This document shows positions 40,551 to 52,530 of a DNA stretch of 64,000 nucleotides, in pieces. Below the pieces are notes generated by a model. It saw nothing but the letters and a program-made list of their open reading frames with translations. It searched no databases and had not been told where the DNA came from. This stretch comes from Podarcis erhardii (taxonomy: Eukaryota). The stretch is from assembly GCA_964252035.1 (NCBI GenBank), contig OZ176209.1; one strand, 5' to 3'. The translations under genes were made by a program, and so were the position numbers. The first letter of the stretch is position 1. Each line of letters starts with the position of its first letter.

Positions 40551-42105
40551 GTAAGTTATTTTGTAATTTTCTGGTATGAAAGTATTAATTTATAAATTGA
40601 TTTGTCTTTTTGTCATTTCTGTAATTACGTTGATCAAAAGCCAGTCATGTTCTTTTCCATTGTATGGTATATATAATAAGTATTTGGAAGGAATGCTTCA
40701 GTAATAGTAATGAATCATCATTTGTAGCAAATTCCAATTTTCTCTGAAGCAAGTTCCAAGGATTCAAACATATTCTATTTTAGGAGCAGGAAACATTTTA
40801 GGCTTTGCAACCCAGATCCCTAGTAGATGCTAGCTTTGTGTCTACCTTCCTGTCAATCACTGGATGTCAGAATGGCATCATTGCAGAGAGCCTTGCACAG
40901 TGCTTTAAAGTGTTTGAAGCTTTAGCTTTGTAGAGGCAAAGTCTGCTTTCCCTGCCAGGACACAGTCAGTGGCACTGTTGTGTATCAATAGCTGTGTATC
41001 AACAGCTGCATTGACAGCTGCATCTCTACCTACCCCACACCTGATGTCATATGTGACATACTTTGGGGGAAACTGCAGGCCAAATATGAAACTCTGGTTT
41101 GGACTGTGGGCCAGAGGTTCCCCCCCACTGCTGCTATTTTCACCAAGAAACAGAAGCCAGATTGGGGTGACAAAGCCCTGGTTCTGAGCAGTTCCTGCTA
41201 TACCTCATATAAATAGGATAGTATTTAGCAACTGTGAGGAATGAAACCTGCTCTGACCAAGAAACTAGCCCCCATTTCAGTAGTTCTCCTGGTTATACTC
41301 CTTTGCTTTTGTCCATTTACTCCAGTAATGAAGTGCTGCAGTTGGGACAATGTTGCCTTATGGCCAAACCTGCCTACCATGCCAGACACTGGGTATTTGC
41401 ATGCAAAGGACAGACTCTTGAGACCTTGTATTCTGGGACCTAGTAGAGCGCTGTCTGTCAGTTGAAGCAGGAGGCAGAGGCTGAGTTCCAAAGCTACAAA
41501 CAAAGAATATTAGCAAAATATCATTCTGGTGTAGGCTCATTCCAGTGATGAGTTACTTGGAATAAGGAGTAAACTTTTGAGGCTAGTATTTTATAGGGCC
41601 TGCTGACTAGATACTTGTACTTGTGGTCAGCTGACTGAATGCTCAGGCAACCTAGAACTGCAGCCTAGATGTTGCCCTTGAATTACGGAACACAATCTGC
41701 CAGACTTGAAGTGTAAATTGAACAGTTTTGCCGTAGGAAGTAAGGCACTGAATCTTGATTTCCTGGGCTTACATGTACAAGACCACTCCCTGGTACTTCA
41801 AAGTATCCTGGCCTCTACTGATGGGGACCCCAGTCACATTCTCCCCACTCCCCCTTTCTAGGTCAGTACAGTATGAAGGGCAACCTTCTATGTGTGTATA
41901 CCATCCATCACAAGGATCAGCATTTTACTAGTATGGATTAAAATGAAATTCTAATGAGAATGTGGCCACTATTTTCTGTGCAGGAAAAAAAGATTACAAC
42001 TTAATATGGTGTAGCTGGAGGATTCCTTCAGTCTCGGGTGGATTGGAAATATGCATATTGTAAGCTTTCCTTATGTATGCATCTCATATACTTTTCTCAT
42101 TGCAG

Positions 42106-42277
42106 GCAGAGTACTACCACTTATTAGCAGAGAAAATTTATAAGATCCAGAAGGAACTGGAGGAAAAGAGAAGGACCAGGCTACAAAGGCAGAATATGAT
42201 ACCAAATGCCCCAGTCATGCCACCAGCTCCTATCAGTCAGGGCCCCATGGGGCAGCCACAACCCGTGATGACAGCAA
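42106..42277 (+). CDS. EP300: EP300 exon 10 (172 nt; KIX end)
   Basis: cattgcag|GCAGAG ... ACAGCAA|gtaagt; encodes AEYYHLLAEKIYKIQKELEEKRRTRLQ. Confidence 0.96.
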
Positions 42278-43034
42278 GTAAGTGTTGTACCCTTACAAAG
42301 TTTGATTTAACAATAACAATGAATTTAACAACAACAATAGACATTTGAATCTATTTGATTCTTGGGCACTCAAGAATTACAGGGGTGACAGTCATCCTCC
42401 AGCTGGGTACAGAGGGAATAACCCATATGAGCCTTCACCCCATATAGTTGTGTGATTTGTTCAGAGCCTAGAAGTGCATAGTGTGAAAACATGGCAAAGT
42501 AGTTGTGTCTGTATGAAAGGTGGCATTGGGACAAGCATGTGTGAAAACGGCTAACTCATTATCAGCATTCTGATATATCTGTATAATTGCAAACATTTGA
42601 TCATTAAAACGAATAGTTCTACACAAATGACATTACACCCTTTAATCTCTCTTCAGTTACATATAGTTCTGTTTAAGGTTTCCTTTGTTCTGCTTGTGAT
42701 ACATAATCGTCAGTTTCAGGGAGGATGCTTGGAGAACTGTGCATGCTTTCACATTCTGTTGAAAGTACCTTCAGAATAATGCCCTTCATCCTGGCATTTC
42801 ATTTCTAAAGATACATTTGGTTCTTGAAAATAGAACTTGGTTGATCAGCTGCTGAATTTTATAAAGATAGTGCTGCTGTTAGGTTTTTAGCATCCTAGAT
42901 GTAAAAGTTAATATTCCCCAAATGTTGAAATATGTCCAAGAATTTAAGAATTAAACTTCCCCTTACCCTAAAGTGACTTTTTTAAAAATGAAAATGTCTG
43001 AATTCTTTAATTTTGGTGTTCAACTACATTACAG

Positions 43035-43112
43035 ACGGTCCTCTTCCCGATCCATCTATGATTCGTGCCAATGTGCCAAACCAGATGGTGAATCGAATGC
43101 AGACACCATCAG
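43035..43112 (+). CDS. EP300: EP300 exon 11 (78 nt)
   Basis: cattacag|ACGGTCCT ... CCATCAG|gtaaga; encodes (N)GPLPDPSMIRANVPNQMVNRMQTPS. Confidence 0.93.
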
Positions 43113-44029
43113 GTAAGAGTTCAGAAAAAGAGAGCTGAACAACTTGGCACTATAGTAAGGACTTTTCATTGTCTCTACCACTTCCCATGCCAGCTCCAGC
43201 ATGGTCCCCTACCTGACAGTGCTTCCACCCTATTCGGCTCCCACTTCGGTGCTGCCACAGCATGCCACCACCACCAGTTATTCACCTTCCTCCAGATATG
43301 TTTCCTGCATGGCATGCTTTGGAATGGGTGCTGAGCTAGTGCTTAGCAGCTGCCTGCCAATGTAAATTGCCCCAAATGCTATGCTTGACATTGCCCATCA
43401 TGCAGTGTCCAACATCATTCTAAAATGTCAAGCCACCACAAGCAGATCAGAGCCGAGTACTGAGTTGACATAGATTCCAAAGTGCTGGCACATGTTGGGT
43501 CAGTATGTCCAGATGTGAGAGGCCAACAGCAGCATTGGGCAGGACATGGCAGTGGAATGGCAGGACACAGCAGCAGCAATGTCAGTTGCCAAAATCTTTC
43601 CACATACTTTACAGTGTCTCTAAGAGCCACCCTTTTCTTTTTATTGCAACAGGCCATGTCCATATGTAATCATTTTCCCCAAGCTGTGTTTTCTTGATTT
43701 TTCTGCATTTCTGGTACATTTTCCTCTCTTGATTTGTTTCAGAATGTCTGTGCTGTAAGTGTCTCTTTCCAGTGCCATGATAAAGTTCCTATTTGCCTTT
43801 GCTTCCTGTCTCTATTCATTTTAACTTCAAGCTTCACACTCCCTTGGGTCTCCTTATTCTCTTGTACACAGTCCTGATACTGGTTTGTCCCTGACATCTT
43901 CCTCCTTCTTTCTTTCCTATTTAAAAGATTCCCATCCTTCTCTGATTCTTACAAATTTAACTTTTTGTGTGGCATAGTATAAATATTCTGATGAACTCAC
44001 CAATCTTGTTTAAACATGTAAACTTCCAG

Positions 44030-44139
44030 GAATGAATCAGTTTGGCCAGATGACCATGCAAATGCAGTCAGTTGGACCCCGGCAAACTCCTCCCCTTCAG
44101 CACCCTGGACAGCTAAGCCAGACGGGGACCATGAACCAG
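44030..44139 (+). CDS. EP300: EP300 exon 12 (110 nt)
   Basis: aacttccag|GAATG ... AACCAG|gttggt; encodes (G)MNQFGQMTMQMQSVGPRQTPPLQHPGQLSQTGTMNQ. Confidence 0.92.
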
Positions 44140-44580
44140 GTTGGTTGACTTTGCTTTCCATTGTTGGCTGCTGTGCCCAAACTATATAGGTGCTGTTTGA
44201 CTCAAGTCCTGCTCAGAGTAGACCTGTTGAAATTAAGAGATCTGACTTGGTCATGTTTATTAATTTTGGTGGGTCTACCTTGAATACCACCCTATGTATT
44301 TAAATGTGTTGGTAGTCCACTCTCTAAATAGGGAGTACTGTTCATATTTTAACCAGTTATGTTAACTAACTTAGACCTGCAACATGCTTCAAATAATGAA
44401 TTTTATTGGGCTACTGGGCTGAGAATCCAGAGGCAGTACCATTTAAGTCTCTGGCCATGATAGTCCCTGGCAACTTATCTGATAAGAGGGTATCAATAAA
44501 TTTGCTATGTTAATGTCTGGAAGTACTGTGTCATTCTTAACATCGACTATTAGCTTGATACAATAAATACTTTGTTACAG

Positions 44581-44733
44581 ATGGGATTTTCCCCACGTAT
44601 GCAACAAGGGGTGTCACAACCTTCCAATCAAAGTCAGTTCCTTCAGCAGACCCAATATCCTACATTGTCTCCTGGAATGAATCCAACAAGCACGCCTATG
44701 ACTCAACCTGGCAATCAGACTCCCACGTCTCAA
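44581..44733 (+). CDS. EP300: EP300 exon 13 (153 nt)
   Basis: tttgttacag|ATGGGA ... TCTCAA|gtatgt; encodes MGFSPRMQQGVSQPSNQSQFLQQTQYP...QTPTSQ. Confidence 0.9.
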
Positions 44734-45195
44734 GTATGTTGAGAGAAGTTCTGTTGGCAGGCTCTTTGGATGTGGATTTGTTTGTGTGTGTGGTAGACCT
44801 GGATGAATGATAAAAAGGGAGCAAAATTATTAATTCAAGCCAGTTACTGGCACTACTGATTATCTAGTGAGGACCATCTTTCAGGCAAGCGTACTTAGTA
44901 CTTATCCTTAAGTTCTCTGTGCACTGCCTTCCATTTTACTCACATTCTCATTGGTTGGCAAGTAGTTCTACAGGAGTGCCACTGAGTGGGAGGAGGAGGA
45001 GGATGGGCCAAAGCTCCATCCATTCTCCGATGTGAACTGCCTGCAAGTCACACCACTCCCTCCACATCCTTTTCTCCTTTGTGTTCCAAACTGAGGGAGC
45101 AGGAGCTGATGGAGACTAGATCTGCCCCTGGGACTTTCAATTGTTGATACCAAACATAGTTTATTCAGATACTGACAATTCTTTTTTATCAACAG

Positions 45196-45368
45196 GCACA
45201 AATGACCAGCTCTTCCTGTCCTGTGACTTCTCCAGTAGTGGCGCCAGGTTCTCAAGGGAGTCATATTCATTGCCCTCCTATTCCACAGTCTACTTTACAT
45301 CGAAACTCTCCTTCTCCAGTACCAAGTCGTACTCCCACACCTCACCATACACCCCCAGGACTGGTATC

Positions 45369-45412
<44 letters not shown>

Positions 45413-45681
45413 CAGCACCACCACAGGCAACAATTGCGTCTGCTCCTGCCACTGTTCCTCAAGCGATGCCACCCGGACCACCGTCACAAACTATGCACCC
45501 CCCACAGAGGCAGACCCCAACACCTCCCCAGGCTCAGCTGACTCCGCAAGTGCAGCCTCCAGTTTCTGTTACCCCTTCTGCAGAGCAGCAGCTGCCACAG
45601 CAACCTCTTTCGCAACAGAGCACGACTGCATCTGTGCCCACCCCTACAGCAGCACTGCAGCCTCAGCATCCTACAACACCC
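45196..45681 (+). CDS. EP300: EP300 exon 14 (486 nt; P/Q-rich, contains Q14)
   Basis: atcaacag|GCACAAATG ... ACACCC|gtaagg; encodes AQMTSSSCPV...SPSPVPSRTPTPHHTPP. Confidence 0.94.
45370..45411 (+). repeat. Coding (CAG)13CAA repeat (Q14)
   Basis: In frame within exon 14. Confidence 0.95.
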
Positions 45682-46159
45682 GTAAGGAAGTTTAAGTTTT
45701 CTAGGGCTATTAAGAGTGAAAGTCCAACCTTGGGCAAAATCTTTTTAGGTTGTTATTTACAGTATCAAAGGCTAAATGGTTTCTGCTGTCTCAATAACGT
45801 GCATTGCATGAAGGTATAGAACAGTATTCTGGACTTTGGAATGCATGCTGTCTTTTGTATAGCAGAGTTTCAAAGAATTAATTCAGCTACAGATGTCTGA
45901 TAAAAATATGTGTGTGTGATTTCTGGGGAGGAAGGTGCAGAAAGTGGTATAGCTAGACATAATTTCGTGGTAGGCTAGTATTAAGATATTGGGGTTTTTT
46001 TGTGTAGCGCCTCTTCTTATTGAGATGCACGTGGCATAAGTTGCTTGAGATACCATCTAGCTTAGAAGCACAAAATAAAGCAAAGAGTACAATTGCTGCA
46101 AAACTGTGTAGCACTACTTGACATGTAGCTTTACTAGTTTTGTTGCTTTCATTCTGTAG

Positions 46160-46351
46160 CTTTCACATCCAGGTGCAAACATTGATGGGCAAGTATCAAA
46201 CCCACCATCCACCAACAGTGCAGATGTGAACTCTCAACAGGCTGCTCCTGAACAGCAGCAGCAGCAGCCTTTGCCTGAAATTAAAATGGAGATTAAAATG
46301 GAAGAGGAGGAGTCAGAACAAACAGATCTTCAAATGGAGGAGAAGCCAGAG
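46160..46351 (+). CDS. EP300: EP300 exon 15 (192 nt)
   Basis: attctgtag|CTTTCA ... CCAGAG|gtgaga; encodes LSHPGANIDGQVSNPPST...EIKMEIKMEEEE. Confidence 0.92.
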
Positions 46352-47084
46352 GTGAGAGTGTGGCATTCACACTGGATATGCCTAGGAATTCATTCATTTG
46401 ATCACATCTGGATCTTTTTCTTCCAAGAAGAACAGGAGGGATACGGGAAAGGGGGGCTGCAATATATCCACTCAACCCTATGAAGTAGATTAGGCTGAAA
46501 AGAGAGTAAGTGGCTCAAGGTCGCCCTGTAAATGTCATGGATTTTAGCCCAGGTCTACCCAAATTGGTACTTTATCTACTATACCAGTCTGACTTGCTGA
46601 TTAAGAAAGTCAATGCACTAATTTTTAAAACATTTCAGTTTTGTTTTTTTGATCCAGATCTCCTGTCTCTGTAGTCTCTGATGCATGATACAAGCGGGGT
46701 TAGAAGTTTTCTCTCAAGTGATGACCAAGCAGTTTAATTAGTAGCACTTGTGTGGGGAACAGTTTCTGGCCAGCTGGTCAGATTCTGAACCACCCCCATC
46801 CTGTGGTCCATTTTAACAGGTGGGTGGGGTCACCTGATGTCTCATTGACACACACTCTTTTTGGTGCAAAAACTCATTGTGACATCAGAAGACCCAGACT
46901 AAAAAAATTGTCTTATGGTTATAGCGCAAGCCACACCTGCAGAGAACAATAATTTATCTGTGGCTTCTTTTCATGCTGGTGGTGAAATATTTGGCTCTCT
47001 GGAAGTGCTGATCCCAGTGGCCTTGCTGTAAATTCATCTGCACTATTAATTTGACAGCACTTGTGTGTGTTGTGAAGCACTTTC

Positions 47085-47319
47085 GGGATACTTTCCCTGC
47101 ATGTTCCGCCTGGCCTTTGGTTTGGACTCGGTCCGACCCTTATGTTTCCCTCTCCTTATGGTCTTTATTTATCAGCTATTGAGGCTGCGTTTAAAATTTT
47201 ATTTTAACCTGTATTTTAAATTGGTCCCCCCCCCTCTTTTTCCGCTATTATGTTTTTACTGTGGTTTTATTGGTGTTAGCCGCCCTGACCCGGCTCTGGC
47301 CGGGGAGGGCGGGGTATAA

Positions 47320-47372
<53 letters not shown>
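47085..47372 (+). mobile_element. L2-like LINE 3' end with an (ATT)17 tail
   Basis: TTGTTAGC-like 'GTTAGCCGCCCTGA...GGGCGGGGTATAAA' terminus followed by (ATT)n at 47320-47370; 5' boundary approximate. Confidence 0.65.
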
Positions 47373-47374
<2 letters not shown>

Positions 47375-48218
47375 GTGGGGAAGTGTGTGTGTCTGTCTGT
47401 TTCTCTCTCTCTGCGGCCCCTTCGGCGCTTCTCTCCCGGGCATCGGAGAACAAGAGAAAAGCAGAGAGGAGACAGACAGACAGACAGACAGACAGACACA
47501 GACAGAGGACTCAGCATGGGACTCGGGAAAACCAGGAGCTGGCTGACCGACCCATTCACCAGGGAAGCTGGAGTCGCTCTGTTGGGTTGGGCTTTGGGTG
47601 GGCAGGAAGGAGAACTGAGGCTCATTGGCTTCGCAGTGTGCAGGCAGCAAGGTCTCCTGTTGTGAGGTGTCTTCAAGGAGCAGCTTGCCTCCACCCCTTC
47701 ACTTCTTCCAGCCCCGCTTCATGACATTCACTCCTTCTGCGCCTCGCCTGCCTTCTCACTGGCTCTCCCTCTTCCCCACCCGGTCCGCGCTCTCCAGCAC
47801 AGGCGAAAGAGCAACCTCCTTCTGAGTTCAAAAAAAGGAGGGAAAGGCAACGAAATCAGGCTTATGCAAAAGCCAGGCAGAAGCATCCCGATGTGGCACA
47901 TTGCAAAGCTGCCCCCTCTCCCGTGTGTGTGTTTTGCTTCGCGCAAGCGTGGCCCAGCGTAGCTCTCCTCTCCCTGGTGTCGGAGGGCAGGCTCGTCCAC
48001 CCCCACCCTGCTCTGCATCATGGATCTTGAAAACAGCAGCACAGCCCGAGCCAGCTGTTTGTCCTCAAGGGTAAGAGACAGACCCTTCTGTTTATCGATG
48101 GCTAGCTGATCTGTTGCTCTCCGCCAAAATAAAAAATAAAAATCCAAACCTGCTTTGGATCCAAACCCACACCATCACAACCCACTCTGGTACACGTGTC
48201 ATAGGTTCACCACCACTG
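47373..48218. mobile_element. GC-rich unclassified repeat ending in a hAT/Charlie-like terminus
   Basis: Abrupt GC/CpG rise, (GACA)n near 47480-47506, right end ...CATAGGTTCACCACCACTG; no matching left TIR or TSD found. Confidence 0.4.
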
Positions 48219-48346
48219 CAATAGAGGGAGTTCATACAGTGTCACCCAGCCACTTTCTTCATTCTTATTCTTGAAGGTGTGGTAATTTATTATTATTTAT
48301 TTTATTTTTTGCTTTTTTGCTCATAAATGTCTTCTTGCTTTTCCAG

Positions 48347-48503
48347 GTTAAGGTAGAATCCATGTCTGAGGAATGCAAATCTGAATCAACAGAGCAAGAA
48401 GAGAAAAAACCAGAAGTGAAGCAAGAAGTGAAGGAAGAGGAGGAAAGACCTAGTACTCCAGGTACTCAGTCTTCACCAGCTTCAGGACAGTCAAAGAGGA
48501 AAA
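48347..48503 (+). CDS. EP300: EP300 exon 16 (157 nt; CRD1/SUMO region)
   Basis: ttttccag|GTTAAG ... AGGAAAA|gtaagt; encodes EVKQEVKEEEERPSTPGTQSSPASGQSKRK. Confidence 0.93.
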
Positions 48504-48900
48504 GTAAGTTTACTGTTTCTTTTCAGCTACATAGAGAACCTGTGTAGTTTTCTTAAGTTTGAGACTTGAACTTCGGTACTTGAACTTGAATTTCGGTAAT
48601 AGGATATCCATAGAAGGATGTGCCTTATCTAACGAAACACTGGTTAGGAGGCAGGCCTATGAAATTTAATTATTAGCCAAACTTTACATTTATTGTGCAC
48701 ATTAGCTCTTGAGTAAAATATTTTTAATTCCTACTGTTGTTCCGTATCAGATTCCTGTTCTGACTATTGTAAATTAGTCAGTGCCTAACACTTCACCATT
48801 GGATAATGAGTGGGGAAACTGGAAATGAAGCATTGTCTTGATGTTAATCAGATTTCTAATTCTCTTGGTTAATTTTATGTTATGTGTCTCCTTTCACAAG

Positions 48901-49019
48901 TTTTCAAGCCAGAAGAGTTGAGGCAGGCACTTATGCCAACATTGGAGGCACTTTACCGTCAGGACCCAGAGTCCCTTCCCTTCCGACAGCCTGTGGATCC
49001 CCAACTACTAGGAATTCCT
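48901..49019 (+). CDS. EP300: EP300 exon 17 (119 nt; bromodomain start)
   Basis: tttcacaag|TTTTCAAG ... ATTCCT|gtaagt; encodes (I)FKPEELRQALMPTLEALYRQDPESLPFRQPVDPQLLGIP. Confidence 0.96.
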
Positions 49020-49313
49020 GTAAGTGTATTGAAAAGAAACATTTCTCTCAATGCATAACTACTTTTCCAGGGCTTTGGTGTGTAACAACAAAATCCTGTA
49101 GCTCCATCTTTTTCCTTTTTCTTTTTTTCAGATTAGTCTCCTTCAGAGCAAAGTTGTCTTCTGTATTGGGCATTTTTAAATTTGTCTGACCGAAAGCAAA
49201 TGTCTTACCCATTACTTTCTGAGATGGGGTTTCAGGCTTTTGTAGATGAGATAAGCAAAGACATTCCATGTCTGCATCCAAGGGTTCAGAATTCTTATTT
49301 ATTTATTTTTCAG

Positions 49314-49553
49314 GATTACTTTGATATAGTAAAGAACCCCATGGATCTTTCTACAATCAAGAGGAAGCTTGACACAGGACAGTACCAGGAGCCCTGGCAG
49401 TATGTCGATGATATTTGGCTCATGTTCAACAATGCCTGGCTTTACAACCGCAAAACATCTAGAGTATATAAGTACTGTTCCAAGCTGGCAGAGGTGTTTG
49501 AGCAGGAAATTGATCCAGTTATGCAGAGCCTTGGCTATTGTTGTGGACGAAAG
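49314..49553 (+). CDS. EP300: EP300 exon 18 (240 nt; bromodomain)
   Basis: tttttcag|GATTAC ... CGAAAG|gtaagg; encodes DYFDIVKNPMDLSTIKRKL...WLYNRKTSRVYKYC...GYCCGRK. Confidence 0.97.
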
Positions 49554-50335
49554 GTAAGGAGAGTCATCTTAAGCTGAATTTCAGGAAATTACCCAAACAC
49601 TTCAATGTCTAATTTTAAGGATCCCTTAAGTCTGTTTTGAATGCTAATATAGAAATCAAGTATGGTGAACTATTTTAGGATTGTCTTAAATTGTGTTCCG
49701 TACTTACTCCAGAGTCTTAATGTGCATCATTAAATACAACATTCAATTGTTTTCCTACTGCATGTAAGCAATAAAGCAGATGGTCCTCCAAGGCTAAGAA
49801 GTTTATTGTCCCTGGTCTACCTCTACATGTAGTTGTGTACAAAATATTTTGATGGCAAGGTTTTCTTTGGGGTAAACAGCATTCCGAATGGATAAAACTA
49901 CTGCCTAATAAATGTTATGTTGTACAGCAATCATCATTAGCACTACAACATTTGTAGGTTGTGCTCTGATTCTAGGAGCTTGGGGAGGGGCGGACAGTGT
50001 TGATATTGAACTACCACCACTCATACTTCATGAATACTTATTCATGAATAATACTTCATGAATACTTATAAACAAAAACCTGAGGTTTCTGTGCAATCCC
50101 AAGTATGGGCTTTCTGCCTCTTCAGGACAGTGTCTGGAACCTTCTAGAGCTTATCCATTAGGAAAATTTGGAGCCCAGCCTGCCCTCTGGAGATAGTGTA
50201 CATGCCGTCATTGGGTGGGATCTGTGCATTCGCTGCTTTTGGATTACCAATGTAGTAGCAGCTTTTGAAACTTTGCTTTAAAGTGTCTTATTTCTTGGAT
50301 ACCTGTAAGCAACCTGCGTTCCCCTCTCTTTTCAG

Positions 50336-50424
50336 TTGGAGTTTTCACCACAGACTTTATGTTGCTATGGCAAACAGTTATGCACAATCCCACGAGATGC
50401 TACATATTACAGTTACCAAAACAG
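50336..50424 (+). CDS. EP300: EP300 exon 19 (89 nt; RING start)
   Basis: cttttcag|TTGGAG ... AAACAG|gtaaga; encodes LEFSPQTLCCYGKQLCTIPRDATYYSYQN. Confidence 0.96.
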
Positions 50425-50865
50425 GTAAGAAAATGCTTGGGTACAGCATTGCACCTGCTGTGAAAAATTATATTAGATATAGGCAGGCATGCACTTACAT
50501 TTGTAGCATTCTCAGCAGATTACTTCCCATGCAAGCCTTGTTGCATCAATTGACTTTTACTTCCTGTTTCAGAAATTAGGATGTTAATATAAACTCTCCA
50601 TATGCTTTAGATTAGTTCAAAGCTTTTGCAGTAAAACCATCATTTTTTCCTCTGTATGAAACAGTGCACAGAAAAGCATGCATGTTTGCATCTTGAGTTC
50701 ACTGCATTTAACATTCAGTCTTGTCCTAAGGGAGACATATTTCCTGTTTTAGATCAGTTATTTCAACCAAAGCTGTAGTTGTAAAGCTGTGTTTTGTTTG
50801 AGCCGCGTGAAAAGCAGGGTGCCTGCAAGGTCAGAGAGGGGCTGACTTCACTCTGCCTCTTACAG

Positions 50866-50962
50866 TCTCTCACGCTCAGCTAGAATTTCTATGGTAGTAG
50901 CACTCCTGTGTGTGTGCTTGGGATCTCTTAACTATTGAGGCATAACTGTCAAGTGTTCCTGA
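50866..50962 (+). other. Candidate cassette poison exon in intron 19
   Basis: Branch motif CTGAC (50842-46), pyrimidine tract and CAG (50863-65); donor GA|GTATGT (50963); 97 nt with an in-frame TGA at 50936-38. Confidence 0.35.
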
Positions 50963-51192
50963 GTATGTACTCTTGTTTAAGAAGCTAAATCTTGCACTGC
51001 ATCAGACCAAGATCTACCTGGTCCAGCATCTTTTATGGGAATTTCAGTAAACCAGCAACTTCTCTGTACTCCATTGGATCTGCAGCCTTCAGTTTCTTCT
51101 CGATAGCTCTTTTCTGAAGTGGAAATTAACTGAGGAGTGAACTCTGGAGTTGTTTCATTAAATAAGCATCACCGTGCATCTTAACTTTACCA

Positions 51193-51283
51193 CCTGCATG
51201 ATGATGGCAATCTTTCTGAAGACTTGCTTTCTGTGATAGCACGGTTCTATGTTCTGCTTTGGGTTCGGAAAACATCTGATAGG
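51193..51283 (+). ncRNA. Box C/D snoRNA-like element (candidate)
   Basis: Box C ATGATGA 51198-204, D' CTGA 51216-19, degenerate C' GTGATAG 51233-39, D CTGA 51276-79, and a 4-bp terminal stem CCUG/UAGG in K-turn register. Confidence 0.35.
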
Positions 51284-52530
51284 AAAAACTGTGTTTGGAG
51301 CTCTTTTAAGGGAGGAAGCAAAACTGAGAACACAACTTTTTCACGTTTTTTGTCAGGAGTATTGCTGCAAATCATGCTTTGGGTGGGTTGCTGAAGTAGA
51401 TAACTAGTTCTTTAACAAATCTAAAGCTAAGCTTTCATTTATTTCTATAACTTTACAGCTTCATGCCATAAGTCATTTTTATCACAAATGCCCACTTGAG
51501 TAAAGAAATCATCATATGTATACATATGAGCTGGGATCCAAAGAACTGCTGTAGGTGTGTACATGGGCTAGGGCATTGCTACTGGATTTTTTTTACCTTT
51601 AATCAGCAGACTGTCATGCCATATCACAGCTTTTGAAATTAAGAGGAGTTTCAAAATCAATGTGGAATGGAAGGTTGCTGTCCAAAACATGCAAGGCAAA
51701 GCCCCCCCCCCCAGCAGATAACACTAAGTGGTTCTTTGGACACTGGTCTTTTGAATGTCCAAAATCAATGTTTGTCATTGTATCAGTGTAATAAATAAAC
51801 TAACCTGTTATAGATAGGAAACATAGGTGGTGAAGAAGTGATCCGTTCCTTAGCAATTACATTTCCTCTAGTGTTGGTTTTGCTTTGCTTTATAATACTG
51901 TCACAGTTTTGTTTTTTTGTTTTTGTTTCTTTTTGTTGTATGTTTGCACTCAAATTAACTTGCTTAGCAATGGAAAGGCTGCAGTTTCTGTGCACTCTTG
52001 AGGGTAAAAAAACATCTTGAGTAAAGCATTCAACATTAATTTAGATGAAGATGGAATCCTTTTAATATGTCAATTATACATCAATTTGGAGGCATGGAAC
52101 ATCAGTACGTCACATATTAAGAACATACATATGCATATCTCATTGTCAGATGCCTTAAAGCACCTGTCATTTTGGCAGATCATGAACAATTACATAGAAA
52201 TTGTTTTGGGGATGGTTACTGCTGCTTTAAACAGATGTTGCAAACAAAAAATGCTTTGAGGGGAAGGACTGGCCTGTCAACATTTGAGCATTCTCAAGAT
52301 GGATTGTTTTCACCCCTTTCCAGCCCTCTCCTGGCAGATGTTCTTGTGAAAAGAGTTGCTACCCTGATGCAGATGTCAGAGCAGCAATTGCTCTTACCCT
52401 TTCTTCATTTTGATTCTCTGCTTTATTGTAGCATTGATTATTGAAATGAGGAGGGCATGGGCATACTAAAATGGAATACTCTTTTTATTTGCTATAATTT
52501 GCTGCTTGTGATCCCATTTGAGAGATTTAA

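Noticed and set aside
45141-45695. Poly-Ala and poly-Leu ORFs
   Set aside because: Alternative frames and the antisense of the exon 14 CAG repeat.
47248-47724. Poly-Ile, poly-Leu and poly-Asn ORFs
   Set aside because: Translations of the (ATT)17 retroposon tail and adjacent simple repeats.
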